From NCBI GenBank assembly GCA_004431415.1, contig QPMI01000542.1:248001-312000 (forward strand): 64,000 nt of DNA. The letters are read 5' to 3'. This DNA is from Cyanophora paradoxa CCMP329 (Eukaryota; Plantae; Glaucophyta). Below, piece by piece: positions 46,144 to 58,735 of the stretch. Numbering within the stretch: the stretch's first letter is position 1; each line of letters starts with the position of its first letter. The translations under genes and the position numbers were made by a program. A model generated the notes under the pieces. The model saw only the letters and a list, made by a program, of their open reading frames with translations, was not told where the DNA came from and did not search any database.

Positions 46144-49100
46144 CTAGTCCTTCTTCTCAGCGGGGCCGCCGGCGCCGGCGCGTGCGGCGGCCATGATCGC
46201 CTCGATCTCGTCCATCTCCCGCGGCACCGAGGAGAGCACCTGAGGAGGGCGATCAGAGCGAAGCGGAGCGGGGAGGAGCGGAGGAGAGGACGCCGTAGCG
46301 AGAAGCCGTGAGAGGGTGGGCGGAGGGGCGGGGCGGCCCGGGGCCGGCCCGGTGTTCAGGCCGGGACCTTGGCAGGCGGCGGACCCCGGGATCTAGAAGT
46401 GGCCTCCCGTCCCGCCCCAGGGGCGCGGGGCACCTCGCAGCCGGCGTCGGTGCCGACCTGGGGGCCTAGGCGGGGGGCGGGAAGTCCCTAGCCTCCAGCC
46501 TCGTACATCTATCCCTAGCCTCCAGCAAGGGCGGCGATGCCTAGCCTCCAGCAAGGGCGGCGAGGCCCCGCTATCCTCTATAAGGCCCTAGCCTCCCGTT
46601 CCTAGTTTATCGCATATATTCCTCGCGGCGATTAGAAGTCAGGCGGCTACCAAAGCCCACCATCCCATCTGCTCCAGGGGCCAGAAGCCCCCCGCAGAAA
46701 GCCCATCCTCCCGCCCTCCTAGCCTCCCCTCCGCCCCAAAAGCGCGCATCGGGCACCTCGCAGCCGGCGTCGGTGACGAGGACGTCGTCCTCGAGGCGGA
46801 CGCCCCCGAAGCCCCGGAACCGCGCCAGCGCCTCCGGCACGATGTGCTTCGCCTGCGCGGAGGGGGGCGCCGCGGCGTCAGCGGCGTCGGCGGCGGAAGG
46901 GAGGAGGAGGGGGGGGAGGGGAGGCGAGCGAGCGGCCTCTAGCTTGGCACGGGGAGCCATTGGGTGCCGGCCGCCCGGCGCCCGGCGCCCCTCTCGTTAG
47001 GCGCGAGGGGCGTCGTGGGACTTTAAAGCCGCGGCTGCGGGTCCCGGGCGGGGCGCGGGTGGTGTCCTCTCTAGCCCAGCGTTCCTTCCTCCGTCCTTGC
47101 CCGCCTCTAGCCACTCAGCCCGGCCTCTATCCGTCTGGCGAGCCGTCCTAGTGGCACGGCACGCTCGCCTTGGCTTTAAGGGGAGGCGGAGGGGTCCGGG
47201 CTATGGTGAGAGAGTAGACTTCTAGGGGGGGTAAGGGCTATGGTGGGGGGGTAAGGCTTCCGGGGGGTACGGGGCGCTGACCTTGGCGGGGTCGGCGAGG
47301 GCGGCGTCGAGGAGGTGGTCGATGAAGTAGATCCCCGGCTCCACCTGCGGGGGGGGGGGGGGGGGGGAGGGGTGGGCGGGAGAGGGGGCGGGGGGGAGGA
47401 GGGGAGGGGGAGGGGGAGGGGGGGGCGCGGAGGGCGCGAGGTGGGGGGAGATGGACGGGGATGCAGCGGGGCAGGGGACAGGGGGCAGGAGTGGGAGGGG
47501 GGGAGCGGGGGGGTACGGCGCACTGTGATGACCATGCCGGCGAGAAGCGGCCGCGCCGTCCGCAGCTTGCAGATCCCGGGCTCCTTTGGCCTCTCCGGAC
47601 CGCCCTGCAGGAGAACGCTCAGAGAGATGAAGAGGGGGGGGGGGGGGGGGGGGTTGGGGGACCTTGGGGTACCCCCCCACGTCGTGGACGGCGAGCCCGA
47701 GGAGGTGCCCGAGGCCGTGCCTGGGGGAGAGGAGGAGGGGGGTACCGGCGTGAGGGGGGCGGCGCCTCGAAAGGCGGAGAGGGTCCCGTCGGCGAAGCGT
47801 GCGCCGAGCTGCCCCTGGGGCGCCTCCTCTCCTCGCGGGGCCGGGGGCGCGGGGCCAGGGGCGAGGGCGAGATGGCCCGCTATGCCCCCCCGCTACCCCT
47901 GCTGCCCCCCTCCCCCCCCCTTCCTCCGCGGGGTACAGCGCACGGCATGAAGGTGGCGCCGAGGTGCGCCGCCATCATCTCCTCCACGCTCCCCTGCGCG
48001 AGGGCGGGCGGGCGGGCGCGTCAGAGCGGGCGGGGCGGGGCGGGCGGGGCGGGGCCGGGCGAGGGGGTGGCAGAGTGGCGGATAGATACTGGTAGACAGA
48101 CGCGTGAGGGCATGCTGCGCCGGGCGGCAAGGCGGGGCGGGGCGGGGAGACTGGATAGCACGAGGCGGGTAGATTTCATAGCGCGAGGCGGGGCGAGGAG
48201 CTGGGTCGGGCCAGGCCGGGGCGGGGCGGGCCGGGCGTAGGCGGGGCGAAGCGGGGCGGGGCGGGGCGGAGCGGGGCGGGGCGAGGGGGCGGGGGTCTCG
48301 CCTTGAGGAGGCCGCCCTTGGCCAGCGCCTCCAGCATCGTCCGCTCCGCTGATCGAGACGAGCCGGACGGAGTCAGCGAAGGAACAGAGAGAGGGGCTGG
48401 AAGAAATTAGTTAGAAGATAGAAGTAGTTAGCCCTAGCGAGGCGGTGCATGTAAAAGCTGAGTTGAAGGAGAACGAGCTAAGCTCTAGCCAGTCAAGATT
48501 TATCCAGCCGGCTCTAGCCAGTCTAGGTGGGATGGCCGGCGCGGACCGAGGCGGTGCATCTCGGGCCAGGAGACGCCGGGCTTCACCGCCGCCTCGACCG
48601 CCTTTACGGCCGCCAGCACCGCCCCGTACACCAGCCGCTGGTCCGCGCTGAACTTGCCTGGGGCGGGGTGAGGGAGGGGGGGGAGGGGAGGGGGGTACAG
48701 GGGCGCACCGCTCGCGGGGAAGGAGACGGTGATGTCGGCGGTGTACCCGTGGTACTCGGCGCCCATGTCGAAGAGGCTGGAGTGGGGTGCGGGTTCGAGG
48801 GGGGGCGTGAAGGGGGGTACAGGGGCGGCGGGGGAGGGGTAGCGGACCACATGTCGCCGTCGGCGATGGGGCGGTTGTTGGGGGCCCCCGCGTGGCCGTA
48901 GTGCAGCACCGCTCCGGTCTCGCCCGCGCAGCAGATGCACGTGTACCTGGTTCGAACCCGGTTCGATTCCGGGCGGGTCCCGTTCCCGTCGAAATGGCGT
49001 ACCCCGTGAAGCGGCAGCCGCCGCGCGAGTAGCACTCGTGGAGGAAGATCGACTCGGCCTGGTACTCCTGCGCCGAAAAGATTCGATCCGGGACGGGTGC

Positions 49101-50271
49101 AGGGCGCGGGGGCGGCGGCAGCCATCACACCATGGCGCCCGGGCGGACCCACTTCATCTGAGCGCCCCGTCTGAGCGTCCGAAGCGTCGGAGGATCAAGA
49201 TAGCGAAAGCCGCGCGCGCACCACTTCGGTGTGGGCCTCCGAGGAGACCTTGCACACGTAGCGCATGACCTCGATCTCCTTCGCCGACTTCACCACGCGG
49301 CACTCGGTCGCGACAGGGAAGAGCCGCCCGTCGTCCACGCGGTACTTCTCGATGCCGGGGAAGCTCGCCGGCTTGACGTAGCGCCCGCTGTCCGTGTTCA
49401 GCCCCTTCCTGCGCACGCTCTTCAGAAGAAAGCGAAGAAGATCAAATCTTCGGCGGGGCGGGCGTGGCGGGGCGGACAGAACGTAGAGGGCGGAGGGGTC
49501 CCGAGCGGCGAGGTACGAGTCGAGCTCGTCGGCGTACAGCGCTTCGTCGACGCCGTACTTGTCGCGGAAGTGCGACGGCGGCTGGATCTTCCCCATCCAG
49601 ACCGCCTGGCCGCCCGGGCGCGCCCGCGCGTGAGCGGGATCGGGAGACGCGCGGCGCGCGCCGAGGCGGGCGCACGTATTCCTGCGGGAAGCGCGGGCAG
49701 AAGAGGATGGCGCGCCGCTCGTCCACGTCGATCAGGCCGTTGAAATCCGGCTCCGCGACGCCGAAAGCCCACAGGAAGTAGCTGCGGGATCAAAAGCTGA
49801 GCGGGGCGGGGCAGCTGAGGGCCGAGGGCCTGCACCTTTCCTGCTTGAAGGGATAGTCGGTGTCTTCGGAATGGTGCGGCACGTCGCGCGCGCCCTCCAG
49901 GAGGATGAAGCTGTTCCTCGGCACGTCCGAGCCTGCGGCGCAGGGGTGGTTCGGAGGCGGCGGGCGGCGCGTACGCGTAATGCCGCGCCTGAGAACGCGT
50001 TAAGGAGGCGGAAGCGGTTCTCGGCGTGCAAGGACATGGGGATCTTCAGCGTGTTGAGGCCCATGCTGAAGAAGGACGAGGCGAGGCCCTCGAGGCCGTC
50101 CGTGGACGTGGCGGCATCGGCTGCCGGCTTTGCCGAGGGCTCCGCCGGCGCTGGCGCAGCGGCACTCGGGCGGCGGTCGAAGCCGAAGATGCCGTCGATG
50201 TGCGAGCTCTCGCCGCCGGGCCGGCGCGTCACACGCACAGAGGAGCGCACAGAACTCTGGCTGCCAAACAT
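46144..50271 (-). CDS. PEPD: Xaa-Pro dipeptidase (prolidase, peptidase M24B); start approximate
   Basis: [87 protein letters not shown] and [10 protein letters not shown]. All metal-ligand motifs are present. Confidence 0.93.
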
Positions 50272-51190
50272 CGGGATGTCGCACAGGCTGACGCTGGACG
50301 CTTTCGAGCGGCAGCGGGATCGGGCGAAAGGGGCTCGCTGCTTGGTAACGCCTGTCTGCTTCAGAGCACGGGAAGGACGAGGCGCTGCGTGCGGCTTCGG
50401 CGGGCGAAATGTTGCGGAGACACGCGTACCCCGGAAACGTGTTCCGCTACCCGGGGGCGAGCAGCCGCGGCCCCCGCGCGCGCTGCGCCGGCATCCGGAT
50501 CCGCGCGCGGCGTACGCAGTGAGCGTGCTGCAGCTGGATGCCGACGGAAGCCGAGGCCCGGAGGCGCGGCGGTTGAACCCGCCGGCGCGTCACGCCTCGA
50601 CTCACGCGTCACATCGTCACTAGTCGCATCTGGGAACTTCGTTCGAACGCGTCGATCCGCTGCCGCTCATGCAGAAGAACCCGGCGCGCAGCGGTACGCG
50701 TGCGGCATCGCGACATCGATATCCGTGGCATCGCGCTAGCGCCGGCCGCATCGTCGTATACGCGTACGTACGCGTCTCATCGCGCGCACGCAGCGATCAT
50801 CGCACAAGCCTTTAATTTGCTTCTTACCAAGTTAGACCCGCAGACCCGCCGCAAGCGCGTTAGCTTAGTAACTCATCAGCGCGGGTTAACGTTCTGCCAG
50901 CTGCATACGTACGACCACAGCAAGAGCTAGCTGCTCTTTCTCAGCGGCGCGCGCGCGTACGTATACGCGTACACGTGCTCAACCGCAGCCTTCAGGGTCT
51001 ACACGTGCACCCGCGACTCGGCGAGCACGCGTGGGCGCAGGCGCGCGCAGGAACCTAGACCTAGGCCCAGGCCTCAGCTCCACCCGCCAGCTTTCCGAAG
51101 TTCGCGCCCGTGCCGCGGAGCGCGCATGCGCGACCGGCCTAGACCTGCTGCTCCCTATTTAGCTCAGCGGTTAAGCGACCATCTCCGCCC

Positions 51191-53873
51191 ATGGGGTTCA
51201 AGACTCCTCAGGAGGTGCTCGCAAGCCTTGAAGCCTATGGCCATGGCCAGCCCCGCGAGCCGCATCTTCAATTTATCGACCGTCGGACCTTGCGCGCGGC
51301 AGGTGTGGACCGCGATCACTACGATCGGCTACGCGAAGTCATCCGGGCAGAAGCCCCTTCCCCAGGTTCGCGCGCGCGCCGGTCAGGGTGACATGCATAC
51401 GAAGAGCCCCCGTCGATTCGATGATTCGATGTGATTTAATTTGATCCGGCCGCGGCGCCGGCCGCGGCTCGGCGTGCAGACGCTCCTGCTCGGAGTCATG
51501 GCGGGGGTGCTCCTCGGCTTCGGCGCCACGGCGTCCACCCTCGTGGCTTACGTAAGCCCCGGACGGCGCGCGCCCGCCCGCCTCCGGGCCAGCTTTCTGA
51601 CGCCGCGCAGGGCCTGATGCCGGCGGCGACGGCCGCGGGCGGGCACGACGCGGCGGCCTCCTCCTTCAGCTACGGCCCAGGCATCGTGAAGGCCGTCTAC
51701 GGCTTCCTATTCCCCGTCGGCCTGGTCCTCATCATCGTGGCCGGCGGCGACCTCCTCACGAGTCAGTCGGCTCTTATAATTAGCCTTTTACTATCTAGAT
51801 CCAGATCTAATTATAACGGCTCTTATAATTAGCTTTTTGGTATCTAGCTCCAGATCCTTGGACAGATCTCATTATTTAAGCAGGCACGATGATGTACTGC
51901 ACGGCCGTGGTGCTGGACCCGCCCGAGCACGCGGCGCTCCCGCGCTGGCGCATCGCGCTGGGCTCGCTCCGCTCCATGGCGATGGCCTGGGGCGCCAACT
52001 TCTGCGGCTGCCTCCTCATGGCGGTGCGGGCCCGAGCCGCGGCCGCGCCGGCCCCTTCGCTTACATAAGATTTTGCCGCTCACCGCGGCGCCGGCTCTCT
52101 AATTATATAAGGCCCCTGGGTCGAGTTAGCTTATTCTATGATATAATCTTTCGTCGCTCGCCGCGGCTCTTTAATTATACAAGGCCCCTGGGTCGGGATC
52201 GCTTATATTAATCTCCCGTCGCTCGCGCGCATGCGCAGTTCTGCCTGGTGTACCGCGGGGGCCTCTTCGACGGGGAGCCGTGGCGCTCGGGCATCGTCCA
52301 CCTCGTCGAGGTCAAGGTCCGAGCTGGCTGTATTATAATAAAAAACAATCACGGGCGGGGGGGGCCCTGCCAGGCTGCGTGCGGCGCGGCTGCAGCTATA
52401 GCTAGAGTCAGGACGCGACCCTCGCGCCCAGCTTCGAGTTCGATCCGATCTGACGGGCCCTGCGGGCCGGGCCCGGGGCGCAGGCCCTCCAGCTCACGTC
52501 CGAGCAGCTCTTCTTCCGCGCCATCGGCTGCAACATGCTCGTCTGTGCGTCCGTCCGCCTGCACCGCGGCGCAGCCGACCACCGGGCCGCGCCGGGCCGG
52601 GCTCGCCTTCCTTAGAATACTCGCAAATAATGCTCCGGATCCAGTGTAGAAATAGTATCGAAATCACGCACAATGTACCGAACGGGACCCGGAGTCGCCT
52701 TCCTTAAGCTTGAGGCCGGCTTCTTTGAATTCGCGCTTCCATGCTGCCCGCTGCCCGTTTTCCTTGACCGTACGCGTCGGACATCTGCCTCGGGCAGGCT
52801 TCCTTGCGACGTCTTAGAATCCGCGCTGCCCGCTTACGGCATCGTTTTTCGCGATCGGCAGGCTTCGCGATCTGGGCCAACATCGCCGCCGAGGACGCCG
52901 CCGGCAAGGTCCTCGTCATATGGTTCGTATTTACTTTAATTTACTGTTACTTATAATTACTAACGAAACGAAGCCAATTTAATTGCTTCACTTAATTAAT
53001 TACTCAATCCTCAAAGCTTAAATCCTAGTTTGCTTGGGCCTCCTTTCGATACGGACTCGGGATCCGGCGCACCTCGAGCTCCGGGGGGATCCCTTCGATT
53101 AGGAAATTCCTGATCCGCCTCTCTGTTTTGCGCGCGCAGGATGATCATTTCCACGTGCGCGCCCCCTTCGTTACCCGCTTTTCGAGTCTTGCCAGACCCT
53201 CATGACCAGATATAACTTCAATTTTCGCGCAGTTTCGCGCTCAGCGGGTTCGAGCACGTGGTGGCTAACGTGCGCACTCTTCTAACCATTTCCCTTTTAT
53301 GCAGATCCCAAATTAAACTTGAAAGCTGATCGCATGCGCAGATGTACACGCTGCCGCTGGGTACTGGCTCGGGGCCCCGTCTCCTGGAACGACGTGAGTG
53401 CCTTGCCGTCCCCCCCCCCCCCCCCCCCCCGTCTTTCCCTTCCCTTCGACCCCCCCCCCCCCCACACTCCCCTCCCCCTCCCTTCTCCCCCTTCTTCCAA
53501 GCTATATCCTCCTGTCCTGAGACGTTAACGCGTGGACAGATCTTCAGGAACCTGGGGATCGTGACGGTGGGGAACTACGTGGGCGGGGGTATCATGGTCG
53601 GCGCCGTCATGTTCCTGGGCGTGGGGTACCACCCCAAGCACAAGGCGCGCCCTCGTTTCTCGAGAAGCCGTACCCTTTAAATTCCTTTCTAACCAAGCTT
53701 GCGGGCAGGAGGAGGAGGGGGAGGGGGAGGGGCCGGCCCACGGGGTGGTCCCGGGGGCCAAGAAGCGCGTGACGAATCACGCGAGCACCGCCGCCGAGCT
53801 CGTATACGACGTCCGTTCTTTTCGAATCATGATCATTGATTTATGCTGTAAAACACCTAACATGGAATCTTAA
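51191..53873 (+). CDS. Formate/nitrite transporter (FNT) family protein; 3' end approximate, with an apparent homopolymer frameshift in one exon
   Basis: MGFKTPQE|VWTAITTIGYAK, LLGVMAGVLLGFG, FLFPVGLVLIIVAGGDLLT, WGANFCG, FRAIGCNMLVC, AEDAAGKV, GFEHVVANMY and NLGIVTVGNYVGGG. Confidence 0.88.
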
Positions 53874-56139
53874 TGAACCTCTTGCATCTTAAATGAACCT
53901 AAAACTCTTTGAATGGAGGCTTTATAACTCTGGACTCCTTGAATGAACCCTTTTGCCTTTTGAATTTCATGGTTCCTGAAGCTGATCGCGAAGCGGGGCG
54001 CAGCACCGCGGGGGCTGGTTCCACTGGGGCGCCAGGCGCCGGGCGCGTCGCGTCGCGACGCTGGTGGCGGTCCGCCTCTTTCTATATATGGCCTACAGCG
54101 CTCCGCTAATTATAATATAACTCCCCCAATTTCGAATTCGAAGGCGGAGGAGGGGAGGGCGGGCCGCGCGACCGCGCACCGGGAGGACGCCGGCTCGCGA
54201 TCGGACGACGCGAGTCCCGCCTCGAGGAAGGGCGCCGGCCGCGATCGCGACGATCGCGACGCGGACGGCGCGGCGGCGGCCGGGGCCGGGCTCCCCGGGG
54301 CCGTCCCGAGCGCCTTCACGGTACCCGTCGTGGCGGTCTCGGTGCGAGCTCTCGCTTCTCCCGATCTTGAGTTCGCTCTTGTTCTGACTCTGAGCGCGCG
54401 ACAGCTGCAGCAACCGGCCCGGGCGTGCGGGCCGAGCCCGGGCTTCTCCCCCTCCTCCAAGGCGGGGTCTTCGGCCCCAGCGCGTCGCGTTTGGCGACCC
54501 GTCGCCGGCGCTAGAGAAGGAGCTCGGAGATCTCTAGGACGGTTGATATAAGGGCAAGCGCAAGTTAAGGGATTTCAGAGCCGCGTGCCGGCCGTCATTT
54601 GACGGCTCTCGAATTTCCTCTTGATTTTCAAGACGCGCTATCGAGCTGCCCGGCGTTGATTATTGGTTAGAACGACGTACACATGCACAATATTTCCGCG
54701 GTATTTTTGTATGCAAGCGTCCCTACACTGTCTCAGAGTCTTGTTCTTCGCTTGTGCATCTTGTCCAGTATACGTAGGGATGCCTTTCATGCGCCGCGGC
54801 GCTTGGTCTGATTTCGAATTCCTATATTTAATATATATAGTCATAGTTTCAAAGTGAAGCTCGCATTCGCAGCCATGGCCATTTTCTACATTCGCAGCCA
54901 TGGCCGTTTCCTCCATTTCCGCAGCCATTTCCTGCTAAAGATCCGTGTACACGTTAAACGTTTCGATCGCATCTTAGAAATCCTTCAGAGGATTTAAGAT
55001 CAGCTCCTTTCGCAGGAGATTGCGTCGATGCAATGGAGCTCATTGTAGCTATTGCCAGTATACGTAGACGTAGATGTACAGTACCATTCGGGAATTTCCT
55101 GGGTCTATAGCTATAGCTAGTTGGTTTCTGTAGCCAGATTTCTAGATTTGATTCGTCGGTAGATGCGCCCGTTCCGGAGTCCCCTCGGTGTCAAGAGTCG
55201 CTCGAATCTTGCAATTGCGTCAATTGCAATCTGATCAATTTGAAGCAGTGTTGGCCAGCCCTCTCAGAGTCTGAATATCTTTTGCGTGGGAGATAATCAC
55301 AAGAAATCATTCGACTTCGAATCCAAAAACATGTGCAGATCTAGAGTACGCGCAGCCTCAGACAGGACTTGGAAGGCGCTCCGTTGTTCCAACCGCCTTT
55401 GAATTTCCGTCGGTCCGATCCAGCCCTGGAGCTGCGCGTATGCGCATGCATGCATTTCATCGTATGGTCGAGCTCCCGGAGTCGGGGACTCCGGGAGGCC
55501 AGGCCAAGGCTCGCGATCGCGGCCGCATCGCGGCTGAAATTCGAGTCCCGAGAGTCGCGCGCGTGACCGCCACGAGGGCAAGTCCAAGGCTTGGCCTTGG
55601 CATTAATATTGGCATTGGTCCGAAACCACCACGTGCACCGCTGCACGCGTACGGCCGGGGTCGACGTTCCGATTCCGACTCGCGATCGCGCTCGGCCGAG
55701 CACTAGTGGAGGGGGGTCCGGGAGATCAGCTGGAGAATATGAAATCCAATCTCTAATCTCCATTTCGGACTATAGAGGATTTCTGGAGATTAACACGAGA
55801 CTACCTGGAGATTAAAACCGAGACTAGCGGAGACTAGATGTGCATGCATGTGCAGACTTCCGGAGATTAGAAACTTAGCTATAGAGACTTTCGGGAGAGT
55901 TCTTGCCCGCCCGCAGAACCACAGGAGACTTTCCGGAGACTTCATGGTACGCCAGGCAGATTTTCTGGAGATTAAACAAAATGCAGATAGCTATATATAT
56001 ATAGCTAATATAGCTATCTAGCTGCGCTGCAGCGATAGCTAGCAATCTAGCTACAGCTTTCTAGCTACGGCTACTTCTCTTGAAGGGAAGCGACGAGATC
56101 GGCCCCGGCCCGTGTGAGCTAGGTGTGAACTTGCCGAGG

Positions 56140-56695
56140 AGTCGCGCCCACGCTGCAGAGCTCGAGGCAGGCAAAGATCTGGGGCCGCGAGTCAGAAAGG
56201 GCGAGCGGGCGAGCGTCCGACGGGAGGACCGCGTACCTTCATCGAGGATCGTGAGGCGAAGTCGCGCTCACGCTGCACGCCTCGACGCAGGCGAAGATCT
56301 GGGGCGCGAGTCAGCAAGCGCGAGCGGGCCTCGGCGGGGATCGGGCGGCGGCGAGCGTCCGGCCGGGAGGAGCGCATACCTTCATCGAGGATCGCGAGGC
56401 GAAGTCGCGCTCACGCTGCACGCCTCGACGCAGGCGAAGATCTGGGGCCGCGAGTCAGCAAGCGCGAGCGGGCCTCGGCGGGGATCGGGCAGCGGCGAGC
56501 GTCCGGCCGGGAGGAGCGCATACCTTCATCGAGGATCGCGAGGCGAAGTCGCGCCCACGCTGCACGCCTCGACGCAGGCGAAGATCTGGGGCCGCGAGTC
56601 AGCAAGCGCGAGCGGGCCTCGGCGGGGATCGGGCGGCGGCGAGCGTCCGGTCGGGAGGAACGCGTACCTTCATCGAGGATCGCGAGGCGAACTCG
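56140..56695. repeat. About 4 tandem copies of a ~144-bp unit inside the CACTA element
   Basis: GCGAAGATCTGGGG recurs at 56291, 56434 and 56578, plus a diverged first copy near 56170. Confidence 0.9.
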
Positions 56696-57895
56696 CGCGG
56701 GGCTGCAGCCTGCAGCTGCAGGAAGTGTGAAGTCCGAGTCGTGCGGTCGCGGGTCACCACGGAAGTTCCTGCGTGCGACGATTAGCAAGAATAGCCACAG
56801 AGCGATCGCAGCGCGTCCGAGAGCACGAGTTAAGCCGCGCTCCGCGGATCGGACCTGGCGGGCTGCGGACAAAGCCGTTCGGCGCTCCGGGCGGAAGCTG
56901 CCACTTCCTGAAGCTCTCTGGTCAGCACAGAGTGTATGGAGAAGTCGGCAGCTCGCGGGAGGCGGGCCACGGACCTGATTCGACGAAGTCCGCCCGCGGC
57001 CCGCTCTCGCTGCCGACCTGCGCGCGTACGAGATGCACACAACACTAGAGAGGCCGCTGCTGCATGCTCCGCTCGCCCGCGGGCGCAGCAAGGCGCAGCA
57101 GCGGGCAGCGAGGACTCCGATATTTGCGACTTGTGTACCCGTTCAAAATCGGTACCCAAGTTCGAAGACTCGGACCTCCGACTTGCTCTTAGCTATAGCT
57201 AGAGTTATGCAAGACAAGCGGCGAGTGCAGCTCTGCACTGGAGGCGCTAGCTACGAAGAGTGGAGAGCGCCATAGACCCCGCAGGCTCCGCAGGTGACGT
57301 GGCCAGATGCGTGCGGCAGCGCAGGAGGCCGCTTGCTCTTAGCAGCGTACCGAGAGCGTGGATGCGTGGTGCGCTGGATCGGTCCCGCGAGCCCCCATTG
57401 CGCTCTCCAGCGGCGCCGACCTCGGGAGAAGTTGCTCATCCGGGCCCAGGTTCGGCGCAGCTCCCCGCTCTACATCACAGAGGTCTTGAGTCGATGTAAG
57501 AGCGCCACTTGCACGCTTTCAGCCCGACCTGACGCGATTTCGTGCAGGCTGGCAGGCGGCGTGCGGATTGCTTGCACCTTCGAGAGCGCACGACGCACCG
57601 CGCACGCGCAACGCTCTGCATCGTCTCTCCGGTCGATCCTGTTGCAGGCGAGCCGCGCCCGCTGCCGCGCCGCGCCCGAGCGCCGACGGCCGCCGCAGTT
57701 TGATGGTCGCGCGGCCGCACCCGTGCGCTCCCGCCCAATCGCTGCGCATTCCCGTGATCCTCGCCTCAGATGCTCGCGAAACGGCCGCGCGGGAGCGGGT
57801 CCTCCGCCGCTCCTTCCCCCTCGCGGCGGCCTTCCTCGGCTCCACGACCATCCCGTCGCCGAGCTCGCCAGGTCCGAGGGTCCTAGGGGAGGGAG

Positions 57896-58735
57896 AATCA
57901 ACTTTCGGCCGACCACGTAGGCTTATAAAGGGCTTCAATACGAGTTAAAAGAGCATAGTATCCGGTCCGGTGGCTCACGTTTAGAGACGACTTCCTGGGA
58001 GCGCTGCCGGGCCGCTGGGCCACGGGAATCGCTGCCGCGGGCGCGTTCTCTTATCCCGCGCACTGGTCTGCATCTAACCTCAATCCCGGAACTCGCAGAT
58101 CTCGCAGGCGAGCTCTCCACGCGAAACGGCTGAGGAGCTCCGAGCGTTTCGGGTGCGCGCTCGCCAGGGCGGCGATTCCTCCCAAAATTTTCTTAGCAGA
58201 GGCAGCTCCTCTGAGGGAGTAGAGTACGGGGACCGCCTTTCGACCCCTTCGATTCCGTGAGGAGCTTCCTTTGCGGATCTAGCGCCAGGGCCAGGGCGCA
58301 GCTCTTAAGCCCATCAATCATCTTAAATGTCTCTTCAATGCGCATCTCACATATTTTTGCCTCCCAGATTGTCGGGGATCGATCTGGCGCTTTCGTGGAG
58401 CCCGTGGAGCTCGAGGACGACGTCCGCCGCCTCCAGGTACGAAGGTGCCCTGGGGGCAAAAATCAACTTTCGGCCGACCACGTAGGCTTATAGAGGGCTT
58501 CAATACGAGTTAAATGAGCATAGTCTCCGGTCCGGCAGATTACTTTTAGAAACGACTTCCTGGCACTGTTGCCGGGCCGCTGTGCCACGAGAATCGCTGC
58601 GCCGGGCGCGTTCTCTTATCCCGCGCACTAGTCTGCATCTAATCTCGAGTTCTGCTTGTTCAGATTTCGCAGGCGAACTCCCACGCGAAACGGCTGCGGA
58701 GCTCCGCGCTTTTCTGGTGCGCGCTCGCCAGGCCG
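57896..58735. repeat. Diverged ~275-bp direct repeat pair (57896-58170 and 58461-58735)
   Basis: AATCAACTTTCGGCCGACCACGTAGGCTTATA...CCACGCGAAACGGCTG...GTGCGCGCTCGCCAGG occurs twice. Confidence 0.85.

Noticed and set aside
48190-48300. (GGGGC)n tracts as a distinct element
   Set aside because: C-rich (sense) low complexity is typical of introns throughout the window.
53342-53393. Frameshift in an FNT exon suggesting a pseudogene
   Set aside because: Adding one G and one C at two homopolymers restores MYTLPLGYWLGAPVSWND. All other exons are intact and homopolymer indels occur elsewhere, so sequencing error is more likely.
56140-56695. CRISPR-like array
   Set aside because: Units repeat in full with no unique spacers, the context is eukaryotic, and there are no cas genes.
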